Origin: Macrostomum lignano | Taxonomy: Eukaryota | DNA length: 61,776 nt | Assembly (NCBI GenBank): GCA_002269645.1 | Contig: NIVC01004072.1 | Coordinates: 1-61,776, forward strand | Direction: 5' to 3' | In this document: in pieces, positions 1 to 10,822 of the stretch | How the letters are laid out: each line of letters begins with the position of its first letter | How positions within the stretch are numbered: position 1 is the stretch's first letter | Notes under the pieces: generated by a model | Told to the model about the DNA's origin: nothing | Databases searched by the model: none | What the model saw: only the letters and a program-made list of their open reading frames with translations | Position numbers and translations under genes: made by a program

Positions 1-150
1 GTCTATGATCTGCATTTCCTGTCTATGGACAATTTCCTGTCTATGGTCTGCATTTCCTGTCTATGATCTGCGTTTCCTGTCTATGGGACAGGATTTCGGT
101 CTATGGACTGAATTTCTGTTTCTGGACTGAATTATGGACTGAGCTATCAT
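1..150. repeat. Degenerate short tandem repeat (core ATTTCCTGTCTATG)
   Basis: Variants of ttcctgtctatg(a/g) recur from position 1 to about 150. Confidence 0.7.
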
Positions 151-285
151 AAACTATAACTATTATCTATAGACGCGGAGAGGGATAGATAATTTTGTCT
201 CCCGTCCATAGACTGGCCAGGATGTTTGCCAATTAAAGCATCTATGTAGCAAACTGCTAGATAATAGAGAATGCAGTAAACTTAC

Positions 286-623
286 GAATACTCTAAGAAG
301 TGTTCCTTATACTCGGAGCTCCATTGCAATTCGGATCGGTGCTTTTGAGTATCTCCAAGTACTTAGATCAATCACCGGTTCAACATTGCCAGGCACAAAA
401 TCGTAGCCGAAGAAGTTAAGGCCCAGCAGGATTTTAGCCGAAGCGGGCTAGCCGAATCCGGCACGAGGTTTTCAACGCAGAGCCGCATCCAAGTCACGGA
501 GCGTTGGGCGCCGCTTGTTTAGGCCAGAGTTTTGGGCCGAAATCGTACGTCATCAATGAGAAATAGTCAACCGAGGCGCTCAACGCGTCGAAGTCAGTCT
601 TGGAGAATACAGTGGACGCTTGG
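286..623 (-). CDS. CHID1: Chitinase domain-containing protein 1 (CHID1/SI-CLP), exon downstream of the Polinton insertion
   Basis: Manual minus-strand translation gives VFSKTDFDALSASVDYFSLMTYDF...CVENLVPDSASPLRAKILLGLNFFGYDF...EPVI...YLEIL...QWSSEYKEHFLEY, matching the CHID1 C-terminal half. Acceptor cag at 624-626, donor gtaagt below 286. Several apparent 1-nt deletions are needed to keep the frame. Confidence 0.85.
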
Positions 624-941
624 CTGTAAATGTGTGTGAGGTTGACGTAATTCAATTGAGTTCAATGCTACACGAAAATCGTACACATTAAATTAGGTAA
701 AAGTAAAAATGCAGTACGATTCTTGGAACTCAATGACCGATGAAGCAATGGCTATTAATCTCAAACTAATTTCGGTGTCACCGGGTCGTAAGAGTGATAT
801 TTTTTCTCCGATTAAAACGGTACCTAGGCCAAGAAGCGTCCCAGAGTCACCTTTGCGTCGCCCCAGAGTCGTTGAAGTAACACATGTAAAATAGGAAAGA
901 ACAAAGAAGTGACTCTAAGACGACTCTAAAACGAAGATGTG

Positions 942-1044
942 AGTAGTATACGTTTTTTTGACACAAAGCCGATTTCCTTATGGCGAAATACATAGTAAGT
1001 ACAGGCCCAAAAAAATGGCAGAGTCCGAAATTTCATGTGCACGC
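942..1044 (+). repeat. Left TIR of outer Polinton (~103 bp)
   Basis: Reverse complement of 24032-24134; identical over the first ~84 bp by visual alignment. Confidence 0.95.
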
Positions 1045-1810
1045 AGTCTGAAATTCCATGTGCACGCAGTCTGAAATTCCAAGTGCACGCTAAATATCTT
1101 TTACGCAACGTGATTATTCAGACGAATTGCATATCCACCTGTCCAAAATACAAGTAACCGATTCTAGCAATGGTGACACAAACACACTTCAAAGGATTCC
1201 ATTCAAGACAAATTTACTCCAAAGCTATTCACACATTTCAAGTGTTTTTGAAATATTGAAAACTTGTGAATATTATCACCCTTTTGAAGAAAGATAGTAA
1301 ATGATCTATTCTTGAGTGCCTATAGAATTTTTGCACCAACTTGAGCAGATGGTTTACAGATACTATGTCAACAACTGCGTCAACATGCTTCTTCTTTATA
1401 CTATATATATATACGAACACACTGACACAGAAAATATTAAATAACTTAAACCAAGTTTACATTATACTACTTGTTCAACTATACTTACATCTTAAGTGAA
1501 ATGAAGCGATCACGTCAGCAGGAATTGGCCGAGCGCTATGTTAAACAAGGTAAGATAATCACCTACTCTAGTTCAGTTTTCTTTTTTAGATTGACTGTTC
1601 GCTATAGTTTAGTTTCTAGATTGATTGTTAGTTCGGTTTCTGTTTAGACCGATCCTCTGTTTGTTCAGTCTCTAGATTGATTTTCTGCTAGTTCGGTTTC
1701 TGTTTAGACTAATACTCTGCTAGTTCAGAATTTCTAGATTGATTGTCTGCTAGTTCGGTTTCTGTTTAGACTGATTCTCTGCTAGTTCAGTTTCTATATA
1801 CATTGTATAC

Positions 1811-2362
1811 ATGCACCTATACCAAATTTCCCTCATCTTATCCATTATTATAGCATTCAAGAATGGTTTCTTCACGCGGCCACCTCCAGATCAGTGCAAA
1901 CGCATTTGCCACGACACCACCACATCCAATTCTGCTGCAAGAGCATCATATTCTACATCTCTCGCCAGAGTAACCTCGATTCATGTCGAGAGACAGACAA
2001 CTGAGCTAGATCGCATTTACACAAGAACTGATGTTATTCAGTCAATTAGGCAGCAATCGAACCCACGACCAACTGACCAACTGCAGTATGCACCACCACC
2101 ACCATCACCAACCAGCTACAATGACCCAACAAAGCAAACTTGCAGTAAGCCTACAAGTACCAAACCAACGACAGCAACTGAAACACCATCATCATCAATT
2201 GCTATTTCTACCCAAGTTCAACCGCTGCTAAACTCGCCAATTATTGTACAGAAGGACATCAAGTCTGTAAAAGTCTCTCAAATGAGCACAGGCTTCTACC
2301 AAGTAGAATTAGCAAAGACCTGTAATACAACTCAAGTATTTGAATATTGGGACCTATCTTAA
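1811..2362 (+). CDS. Hypothetical Ser/Thr/Pro-rich protein, possibly the second exon of a gene starting at ATG 1501
   Basis: 183-aa ORF with no recognisable motif. An upstream micro-exon MKRSRQQELAERYVKQ (1501-1549) ends at a gtaaga donor. Confidence 0.3.
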   Translation: MHLYQISLILSIIIAFKNGFFTRPPPDQCKRICHDTTTSNSAARASYSTSLARVTSIHVERQTTELDRIYTRTDVIQSIRQQSNPRPTDQLQYAPPPPSPTSYNDPTKQTCSKPTSTKPTTATETPSSSIAISTQVQPLLNSPIIVQKDIKSVKVSQMSTGFYQVELAKTCNTTQVFEYWDLS

Positions 2363-2619
2363 AAAGACATTTTTTCTAACTCTTCATAAAATTTTGCCAG
2401 CAATGTGTCCAAGTAATTGCTCTTTTAGTATATATCAAACAAGTCTGTAATCAATAATATAATCTCTATAAATTCATTATTCTAAAAAATTCTTTCAATT
2501 TTATTCGCCATTCATTGAAATTATTTAATTCAATATAAAGTCAATATCTTGTACAGTCATCATTAAACAAAAATTATTAATCCATGCAAATAATTTTTTT
2601 TTCATACGTTTCTTTAGCC

Positions 2620-3310
2620 ATGGTCTGGCTTTTGCCTCAACAGTATGATTTAGCTGTGGTCCAGCTTTTGCCTCAACAGTATGATTTAGCTGTGGTCCAG
2701 CTTTTGCCTCAACAGTTTTTAGCCGTGGTCCGGCTTTTTTGCCTCAGCAGTATGATTTAGCTGTGGTCTAGCTTAAAACTGCATCAACAGTGATTTAGCT
2801 ATAGTCCAGGCTTAACTACCTCAACGATGATTTAGCTATAGTCAAGGCTTAACTGTCTCAACAGTAATTTTAGCTGTTGTCCAGACTTAACTGCCTCAAC
2901 AGTGATTTTAGCTGTGGTCCAGGCAACTGTCTCAACAGGGATTTAGCTGTAGTCCGATTAGCTTAACTGTCCAGTTATTTAGCTGTGAGCCAAGCAGCAG
3001 CACCCGTCTCAACAGTGAGAATTAGCTATGGTCAGCTTTACCTCAACTGTGATTTGGCTGCTGTGGTCTAGCATAACTGACTCAACAGTAATTTTAGCTG
3101 TAGTCGTCCAGCTTAACCACCCGTCCAGTTTTATAACCATGGTCCAGCTTAACCACCGTCTCAACGTACAGCGATTTAGTCGTGGTCCAGCTTAACCGTC
3201 TCAACGTACAGTGATTTAGCCATGGGTCTAGTAGCAATTAACCGTATCAATAGTGATTTAGCCGTGGTCCAGCTTAACTGTCTCAACACAGTAATTTAGC
3301 TTAGTCCAAA
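2620..3310. repeat. Degenerate ~35-40-bp tandem array inside the outer Polinton
   Basis: Repeated GATTTAGCTGTGGTCCAGCTTAACTGTCTCAACAGT variants. Confidence 0.85.
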
Positions 3311-4011
3311 CAGCATTTGTGTGTCAACTGCACTGACTGCATGCGGTTATAGCAGCGGCAGTCATTATAGTCCCAACAAGCTGCGCGTCGCAGCATGATA
3401 GTGTAACTCTATATAGCTTCTGCTCAATATAGGACTGCAAAAGCTGAGTTACAACTATACCTTTTTCTGTTTGAAAAGTAACACTCTATATATAGGTTAC
3501 TCAAGCAATCTCTTGTCACCGTGCGAGCTAAAAAATTCCAACATGCAAGCAAAACTTTCAATAAATTAATTTCATAGCACCGCGTGCAGCTTATTTTTAC
3601 TCTAAAATCCAAGATTGCTAATTTTTCAAGTCGCAAAATATTTTAATTACATTCTACTTGAGAACAAAACCAATCTAATGAAGCAGCAACCAGCAGTCTT
3701 CTTATTAAACGCTTGCCATCGTGTTACTCTTGCAAATTTATAACTAGTGTGCCTAAGATTCATTAATTTTATTGTATAAAATATCAACCTACATTTGCGT
3801 AAAATTAGACCTAATCATGCAACCCACCCTAGAAACTTATGCCACCTTTGGCACGCAACAATGTCTTAATCAGCACGCAACAATTAAATTTGTTTACTAG
3901 TTCACAAACAGCATGCAAAGCTTGCTATAAATACAAGACCCGAAATGGTCAATTTTTCATGAGCTCAATCATTACAGCAAAAGAAATACTATATTCAATT
4001 GCTTGTAAGAC

Positions 4012-5210
4012 ATGGCAGCTTGCATCAAGACGGAGTCAATTGTACGCTCCGACTCGAGTCCGATTTTTTACGTTGGAGAGCAGTCTACAACCACGACTGG
4101 TTCGTCCTGCCAGTTTCGATCTATTGCGTGGAAACCATCAATCGAGTGTACAAAATGGTACCCAATTATATTGCAAACCAAGGCTCCAATGGAGCTTTTT
4201 CGTGGAATCGCAGAAAGGCCAGAGCTCGATCATCCGTCTTGCAGACACGACTCTCGCGACGCAGTAAGTGTCCAATTTCATCCAGACAGCTGCGATAAGG
4301 AACTCTTCCACTCTCTCCGGTGAGCACCATATTAAATTTATACAATTAATTTTAGGAAACTATATTCATAATTTATATAATGTTTTGCAGTCAAGTCGAA
4401 AAAGGTCTATCGGTCAAGTTGAACGAGATTCAAGATGCTCGACCCTTGGCACGACTAACAAAACCAGCTCATCAGCATGCTAACGACGTCCTCGAGTTTG
4501 TGCCTCAACAATGGCTGGCTATAAAGCCTGCTTACCCTTGTGCCACAATCAGGATCAGCAACGATCATCCACACGGGAAGGAGGTGTCCATTTCCGATTT
4601 CAAAGGTGTCAGCGGTACCTACCAAATGACAGTGCAAGCAACGAGCTTGTATTGTCCAAAAGGCTGCCTCGTCTGGCGCATTACATTCGCTGTGCGCTCT
4701 CTGACACTCATAGAATCTTCCGACAACATGTTGCAGCGCCTCGACATGTTCAAGGGAGTGCTTGCACACCTACCCGCGACCAAGTCAGCAATTAGAAGCA
4801 GGAGTCCGTCCCCAACATCTACCTGTGAGCAAGAAGAAGCAAATGAACAAAGCCTGCAGAATTCAAGCCAGGTGACACCTGCCAAGTCACCTGCAAAGCG
4901 TCGGTCTACCACCACCGTATCGAAGAAGTCGACTACATCGAATGCAGCGCCAGCCTCTATTGAACCGCCGCCTAAAAAGCAAGTTCGAAAACGCAGCGGT
5001 GCAAAACAGCAAAACAATTCTGCCGAAGCTGGTGCAGATGGCACAGACTGGGTGGAGGCTCCACCAGCAAAGATCTTGGTGAGTACACCTGCCTCTGGAA
5101 CCAGGGTAGCGTCCAAGGAGACAGCATTTTTAAAGCGTGCTGCTGCGGACGCTACTACAGCTAGCGTGTCTTCATCGGACGACTCGTACAGCAGCTCTGA
5201 TGATGAGTAA
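4012..5210 (+). CDS. Two-exon gene (4012-4319, 4391-5210): probable OB-fold ssDNA-binding protein with basic linker and acidic C-terminal tail
   Basis: A phase-2 GT-AG intron (4320-4390) joins ORF 4012 to ORF 4380 in frame. The beta-rich segment YQMTVQATSLY...VWRITFAVRSL and the tail SSSDDSYSSSDDE resemble viral T7 gp2.5-type SSBs. The family assignment is inference. Confidence 0.5.
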
Positions 5211-5420
5211 CAAAATTTTTGACTAATTTTATCCAAGTTTTAACTAACTTATTCCACTATATTTATCAAATTTTTGGCTAGGGAAATATTATTTTTTAGG
5301 GAAAAGCTCAAAACATTTTTTGCTACTCCTTGTACGCTAACCAGGTTTTGTAATTTAATATTAGAATTTACGATAGTATAGTCATGTTTAACTTTTCTTA
5401 TTATTTATTTTCCGTTTTAG

Positions 5421-5978
5421 CGACTTGTCCTATTAATAGTTACTGCGAGTCTGAAGCTGCACCCGTTTGAAAAATTTGATTTAAAGCAGACCAAACAGAA
5501 GCTACAGACCAGAAACCGGTTTTGCAAACTATTCCTAAGCCGACCAACAATGCTAAAGACAATTTATTCAAATGCTAAAATCCAACTTTATCCAGCAGGA
5601 AAACTAACTATATATGGCTGTAAATCAAATTCTCAGATAGTCTCAGTTTTACGATTTATCAACGACACTATTAATTGTGTAGATTTTGATTCAGTAAAAA
5701 TTCAGAGCAGTACCTATGTCGGCTTTATTGGTCATCTTTGGCCAAAATTCGGTTTCTCTAGTCTAAAAAGATATGCAGGCTACTATTCGAATTATCTGGT
5801 TGGATACGATGCAGAAAATTTCCCACAAGCAGTTTCTGTTAGATCAGCATCAAAACCAAGGCTTTTTTGTAACATATTTTTTTCGAAAAAGTTTGTTATT
5901 ATGGGCGTTCAAAACACTCATGAATTGAATAATATTCTTAACCATGTCAAGGATTTTTTAATCTCTGTTAATAACTAA
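5421..5978 (+). CDS. TATA-box binding protein (TBP)-like protein
   Basis: Both TBP repeats are visible: LIVTASL...FDL...IQLYPAGKLTIYGCKS and YDAENFPQ...KPRLFCNIFFSKKFVIMGVQN. The frame stays open back to an acceptor ttttag at 5420, so an upstream exon is likely. Confidence 0.75.
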   Translation, partial: RLVLLIVTASLKLHPFEKFDLKQTKQKLQTRNRFCKLFLSRPTMLKTIYSNAKIQLYPAGKLTIYGCKSNSQIVSVLRFINDTINCVDFDSVKIQSSTYVGFIGHLWPKFGFSSLKRYAGYYSNYLVGYDAENFPQAVSVRSASKPRLFCNIFFSKKFVIMGVQNTHELNNILNHVKDFLISVNN

Positions 5979-6192
5979 ACTTAACAAGTAAACAATTGCT
6001 GTCAAATCGCAGTTGCGATGCATTCTTTTACAAACATTTTGTCTTTTTTTATTTATTTACCAATTGTTTTCTCTAATAGTAAACGTGTCAGCTATACCTA
6101 TAACTAACCAAATCATCATTTTTCTTACAGCCGCAAATGACAAACCGGATCATCTATTAATATTATGCTCGATACGCTCGTTGTCGAGCTAG

Positions 6193-6915
6193 GTGCACAC
6201 AATGCCGCGTGCACAATGCCAAATCTGCAGAAAAAAGTTCAGTAATCAAGCCGAGCTGCATGCTCACTCGCATGGTGCTTGTTTTTCACCGCAACGATTA
6301 CTGACCGGATCGCTGCAAAACCTGATCGAAAACCCACCAGATGGGTGGTCCATCGCTTTGCGCGAGTCAGCTCATCGTGGTCGGGTAAATTTTGTCGAAT
6401 TTACTCCCACTCTTGAACAACAAGGCAACAGCTCTGGCGAGTTACTTCCTGGCGAGTTGATTGCGTCTTTAAGAGAACCAATATTTAAAATATTGGAAAA
6501 AATTGGCTCACCCAGTTTATTAATAAGAGTCTGCTTTCACTTGAAAGTGACACTATTTCGACCGAAAACAGCAGCAGACGACAACGATGGCTCGAGCAGC
6601 GAAGAGATCATTTCGGTCTATTTTAATACCAACATTGCGACAATATCATTTGATGAGACGATTACAAACAGTGACATGCTGTTATCTCCCGAGGCCTACA
6701 ATGACTGGTTCGCACGCGTTATTAATCAGTTGTTAATAAAAATTGACAATTTTCAATCTCGAGGTAGTAATTGGCAATATAGAGCAATCGAGCAGCTAGA
6801 CTTGATGCTCTGCGTTTATCGCAAAAGCCATGCAAGCACACTGTCAACAAATACGTCCCACGGTGGTGTGGGGGCGGGCGGCGGCAGTGGTGGTGGTGGC
6901 GGCGGTGGTGGTGGT

Positions 6916-6947
<32 letters not shown>

Positions 6948-7290
6948 GCGCGGGGAGTCCGGTCCAGTCCGGTCCGGTCCAGTCCGGTCCGGTCTGGTTA
7001 AGCAGCAATCGTTTAAAGTTCCAGTCTCAATCGGTCGCAAAGCTGGAGCAGTACTGCTTCTAAAGCCGCACAGAGCAGTTTAAAGCATCAAGACTATTTA
7101 AGAGTCTTACACAAGCGACAACTTGTGTTTTCGCGCATACAGTCCATTCGTTCTCGAAAACAGAAAGTTTTTTTTGATGCAACAAAGAAAACTTGCACTA
7201 AGCTTCTTCGATACGAAGCGATCCTGGACAAGTTCAATTAATTCGCTACCCTTTGGACACTGGCACTTGGCTAATTAATTAACAATATGC
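6193..7290 (+). pseudogene. C2H2 zinc finger plus probable pPolB N-terminal region (terminal-protein / vOTU-start-like relic), truncated
   Basis: C2H2-like CQICRKKFSNQAELHAHSH. IDNFQSRGSNWQYRAIEQLDL resembles the GSGW motif at the N-terminus of Polinton pPolB. After two in-frame stops (7081, 7099) the same frame reads SDNLCFRAY, a D-x-x-C motif. No exonuclease or polymerase motifs follow. Confidence 0.55.
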
Positions 7291-7570
7291 TCTGATCTCT
7301 TTTGTTGTACAAAGTAATAGCATGCTATAGAAGACTGTAACCCATCATTAATTTTTTCATTGATCATTATTTACAATAAATAAATGATACCGGCATTCGT
7401 TTAAATTATAATTTTAGCACTTTTTTGTGTTTAATTATTTGAAAAAGTATATTTTTTATAGTTAGATTCTCAAGACTAAGCTTGTGTTTGTAGTAGACGT
7501 AAATGTAGTGCTATCGTTCATGTTTCAAGAAAAAAAACTTTTTTTTAAACTTTCAGCTACAAGAATCGAC

Positions 7571-8053
7571 ATGAATCCCGAGCAGCAGCAGCAACAACAA
7601 CTAACTGATCGTAAGCTTTTAGTTGAACGTCTATACGATTCGGCAACGATTCCGACCCGAAAAACTGTCGGGTCGATCGGGTATGATCTTTGCGCTGGCG
7701 TCGATGGTACCATTCCGGCCTACGAGTCCCGGAGTGTGCGAACCGGACTCAAAATTCGCTTACCGCCTGGTACCTATGGCAGGATAGCGGGACGTTCCAG
7801 CATGGCTCTGCACAGCTTATTTGTTGGCGGTGGCGTAATCGACCCCGACTATACTGGTGAAATCTGTATAGTCTTGTTTAATTACAGTCCGGAAGACTTT
7901 GAGTACTATGCCGGGCTCAGTATTGCACAACTGGTTCTGGAGCAGGCCGTGCTTGCTTCAGTCTATGTGACTGAAGCAGACAATTCGATTCGGATGATTG
8001 AGCCGCCGACCAAGCGGCGCGGCTTTGGCGGCTTTGGCAGCACTGGCCAATAA
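7571..8053 (+). CDS. dut: Trimeric dUTPase
   Basis: Motifs GYDL, GRIAGRSS, GGVIDPDYTGEI, IAQLV and RGFGGFGSTG are all present. Likely ATG at 7571 (the ORF track starts at 7484). Confidence 0.95.
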   Translation: MNPEQQQQQQLTDRKLLVERLYDSATIPTRKTVGSIGYDLCAGVDGTIPAYESRSVRTGLKIRLPPGTYGRIAGRSSMALHSLFVGGGVIDPDYTGEICIVLFNYSPEDFEYYAGLSIAQLVLEQAVLASVYVTEADNSIRMIEPPTKRRGFGGFGSTGQ

Positions 8054-8144
8054 GTATAATAATAATAATAAACTGATTTTTTTCTTTGGTGATTGGTGCA
8101 CTATGCGAGAGCTTTGTAAATACTATAAGCAATTTTAAAAATTT

Positions 8145-8588
8145 ATGCCTAAAATATATGTTGTAAAAATGTCTCCAGCGAAAGATCGAGGTTTTAAAAA
8201 GAAAAAGAAGAGCATTCGTAAAAAGAAGAAATCTATTAGAAAGATTAATAAAAAGCAACAAGGTTATGGTGTCGTAAATTGGTTAATTAATCATTTACCA
8301 TTTGAAGCACATTTACCCGGCGGATATCAGTTTTGTGGTCCAGGTACGCAACTGCAAGCTAGGCTAGCAAAAGGACAACGAGGAATTAATCGGCTTGACA
8401 ATTTGTGCATGCTTCACGACGTGGCCTATGATAAAAATTCTGACGTGCAAGAGAGGTTAAAAGCTGATAAGCTATTAGAATCTGGTGCACGAGAGATTGC
8501 CCACGATCCGTCTACTGGTTGGAAAGAAAAACTAGCTGCGAAGTTGGTTACCAAGGTTATGCAAGTTAAGCAACGCTTTGGTGCTTGA
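8145..8588 (+). CDS. Parvovirus VP1-like phospholipase A2-domain protein with basic N-terminus
   Basis: HLPGGYQFCGPGT (Ca-binding loop-like) and LDNLCMLHDVAY (HD catalytic-like). Lys-rich N-terminus. Confidence 0.85.
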   Translation: MPKIYVVKMSPAKDRGFKKKKKSIRKKKKSIRKINKKQQGYGVVNWLINHLPFEAHLPGGYQFCGPGTQLQARLAKGQRGINRLDNLCMLHDVAYDKNSDVQERLKADKLLESGAREIAHDPSTGWKEKLAAKLVTKVMQVKQRFGA

Positions 8589-8590
8589 AA

Positions 8591-9280
8591 ATGCAGCAGC
8601 CATACAATATGCAACTAGCTCACGATTCTACATTTATTATTGCTGGACCTTCAAACTCGGGTAAAACTGAATGGACGTTGCGTTTGTTGACTGAACGAAA
8701 AGAATTATTTGATAAAAAACCGTGCCGTCTTGTTTGGTGCCATGGATCAAGTTTGAAACCAGACGATCAACAACGAATTAGAACATGCTGGCAAAAAAGC
8801 GGTCTTGACCCTATTGTTTTTGTACCCGAATTCACACCACAGATGATTAATCGTTTTTTACCACACGATTTGGTTGTTGTTGACGACTTGCAAAGCGAGA
8901 TTGCTAAGTTGCCAGAATTTACTAGTATGTTTACAAAGCATGCGCATCATATCCCTTTGACTTGTCTGTACCTTTGTCAAGGTCTTTTTAACAAGTCTGA
9001 TCCAGAAGCACGCATGCGAAGTTTATCAGCTAGTTATATTTGTCTAACTCGTAGTGTGCGCGATCGAACCACAGTTGAACATCTCGGTCGACAAATGTAT
9101 CCGCGTAATAGTAGGTTTCTAGTGAATGTGTATGAAGACGCAACAAATAACAAACCTTTTTCATATTTATTCATTGACCTGCGGCAAGTGACACCAGATT
9201 TTTTACGATTGAGAACAGGAATATTTTCTGGTGATGAACAAGTTGTCTATACTCGTGAATGTGATGCAAAGTTTGTGTAA
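8591..9280 (+). CDS. A32-like (FtsK/HerA family) genome-packaging ATPase
   Basis: Walker A GPSNSGKT, Walker B LVVVDD, HH...LCQ sensor region and PFSYLFIDL, all typical of Polinton ATPases. Confidence 0.93.
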   Translation: MQQPYNMQLAHDSTFIIAGPSNSGKTEWTLRLLTERKELFDKKPCRLVWCHGSSLKPDDQQRIRTCWQKSGLDPIVFVPEFTPQMINRFLPHDLVVVDDLQSEIAKLPEFTSMFTKHAHHIPLTCLYLCQGLFNKSDPEARMRSLSASYICLTRSVRDRTTVEHLGRQMYPRNSRFLVNVYEDATNNKPFSYLFIDLRQVTPDFLRLRTGIFSGDEQVVYTRECDAKFV

Positions 9281-9337
9281 TATTATTATAAGCAAATTAT
9301 AAACTGTTGTCAATATTAGTTTGTGTTTTATTTCAAA

Positions 9338-10327
9338 ATGAGTTTTTACGTTTTTTTGCCGTCAAACGATATCAGTTACGAAACCAACTCGCCTAATGAA
9401 TTTCGAGTGCGACTAACTGAACCAATAAATTTATTGAACGGATTCTTCGAGGTTGCACTAGTTGAATTACTGTGCCATGGAGCAATTACGACGCCAAATG
9501 CTCATCGTGAGCGTCGATTTGAAGTTCCATATTTTGCGGACATTGACTCAATAATACGATTAAAGAAAAACTATTGGGGTCGTGTTTGGGCAGAGGCAGA
9601 CTTGGATGCTTACGTTTCCTGGCAACCGTCTGGTACAGATGAAAAATTTGCCTGGCTTTTACGAAATTCAGGCGAAAAAACTATTGGATTAGAACTACCA
9701 GTTACATTTATGGACGCTTTCAAATTTGACTCTTGGAAGAAACTTTCTGGACTTGTCTCGGAAAAATTATCAAAACCTGCCGCTGGTAGTGTACAACCAC
9801 CGGATGGTTCATACTTGGATTTGATAAAAAGTCTCGACAATACTCTAGCGCTAGTACCTGAGAACTATTATGTTTTTTATTGTGTTCTATCGCCTGGTGA
9901 AGCTATACGACTTGTTTCGCATGGAGACTATCTTCGAAAAACGGAAGGAGAAGTGTACATCAAAGTACACCAATATTGGTTGAGAAATCGTGTTTGGCGC
10001 ATTAACAAAACCTACTTGGATGCTGTGCTACCTTCTCCGATGCCTAGTAAAACGGTTTACATGTACTGTTACACAGATATAATCGAGTATCAAGCAGTGG
10101 GAAGTACATCAGTACCGTTGCTTCGAGTTGTGGAACTCCAACAAAAGAAAAACGGAGAACTTATACGCGATAGCAGTGCATTGCAAACACCCTACTACTT
10201 GAAAACAAATCGACAACAAATTCACGAGATTTCGATTCGACTATCGGACCAGCGCGGAAAACCGTTTAATTTTGATCCGGGAGCACACGTTGTTGTCGTA
10301 CTGCATTTTAAACATAGGTCGGACTAA
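9338..10327 (+). CDS. Minor capsid protein (penton, single jelly-roll)
   Basis: N-terminal FYVFLPSN...NEFRVRL...FEVALVEL. C-terminal YCYTDIIE...VPLLRVV...ISIRLSDQRGKPFNF...VVLHFK. Confidence 0.88.
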   Translation: MSFYVFLPSNDISYETNSPNEFRVRLTEPINLLNGFFEVALVELLCHGAITTPNAHRERRFEVPYFADIDSIIRLKKNYWGRVWAEADLDAYVSWQPSGTDEKFAWLLRNSGEKTIGLELPVTFMDAFKFDSWKKLSGLVSEKLSKPAAGSVQPPDGSYLDLIKSLDNTLALVPENYYVFYCVLSPGEAIRLVSHGDYLRKTEGEVYIKVHQYWLRNRVWRINKTYLDAVLPSPMPSKTVYMYCYTDIIEYQAVGSTSVPLLRVVELQQKKNGELIRDSSALQTPYYLKTNRQQIHEISIRLSDQRGKPFNFDPGAHVVVVLHFKHRSD

Positions 10328-10383
10328 TTTATAAGCAAAGATTAATTGTGTAATAGAAAATTTTGTGAATTTGTTTTGTAAGA

Positions 10384-10812
10384 ATGAGCGAACTAACAGA
10401 AAAAGGAAAACAAAATGCTCGCTCATTGTGTCAGTGTGCTTTTTTACTACAAATTGTTTATCGGCTAAAGCATCCAAAGCAGAGAAAAAGTTTTTTACAA
10501 ACACTTTCAGAGTCGGAGATACGATGTCTAGTAGACTTTCTGTTTAATATTATTAGTGGACGTATTAAAATTAGTAACTGTAACAAAAGACGACTTGAGA
10601 AGCATCGCAGATATATACGCCAGCTTTTGGAACAGAAGACTCCAATTACTGCAAAAAGGAAAATACTTGTCCAACACGGAGGATTTTTACCTTTTTTGGC
10701 TCCAATTATTGCCGCTCTACCTGCTATAAGCACTGCGCTTGGGATAACGTCTGGAGTAGTTGGTACCGCCGCGGGAGCAGCGAATTTAATACGATCAATT
10801 CAACGAAAGTAG
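10384..10812 (+). CDS. Small basic Polinton virion protein with QxGG-FL motif and hydrophobic C-terminus
   Basis: KRKILVQHGGFLPFLAPIIAAL motif, as commonly seen in small Polinton/adintovirus virion proteins. Lies within the structural module. Confidence 0.65.
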   Translation: MSELTEKGKQNARSLCQCAFLLQIVYRLKHPKQRKSFLQTLSESEIRCLVDFLFNIISGRIKISNCNKRRLEKHRRYIRQLLEQKTPITAKRKILVQHGGFLPFLAPIIAALPAISTALGITSGVVGTAAGAANLIRSIQRK

Positions 10813-10822
10813 TAGGAATATA

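Noticed and set aside
3839-4298. Overlapping alternative-frame ORFs (142 aa and 99 aa)
   Set aside because: Only the 4012 frame is phase-compatible with the GT-AG intron leading to the 4380 ORF.
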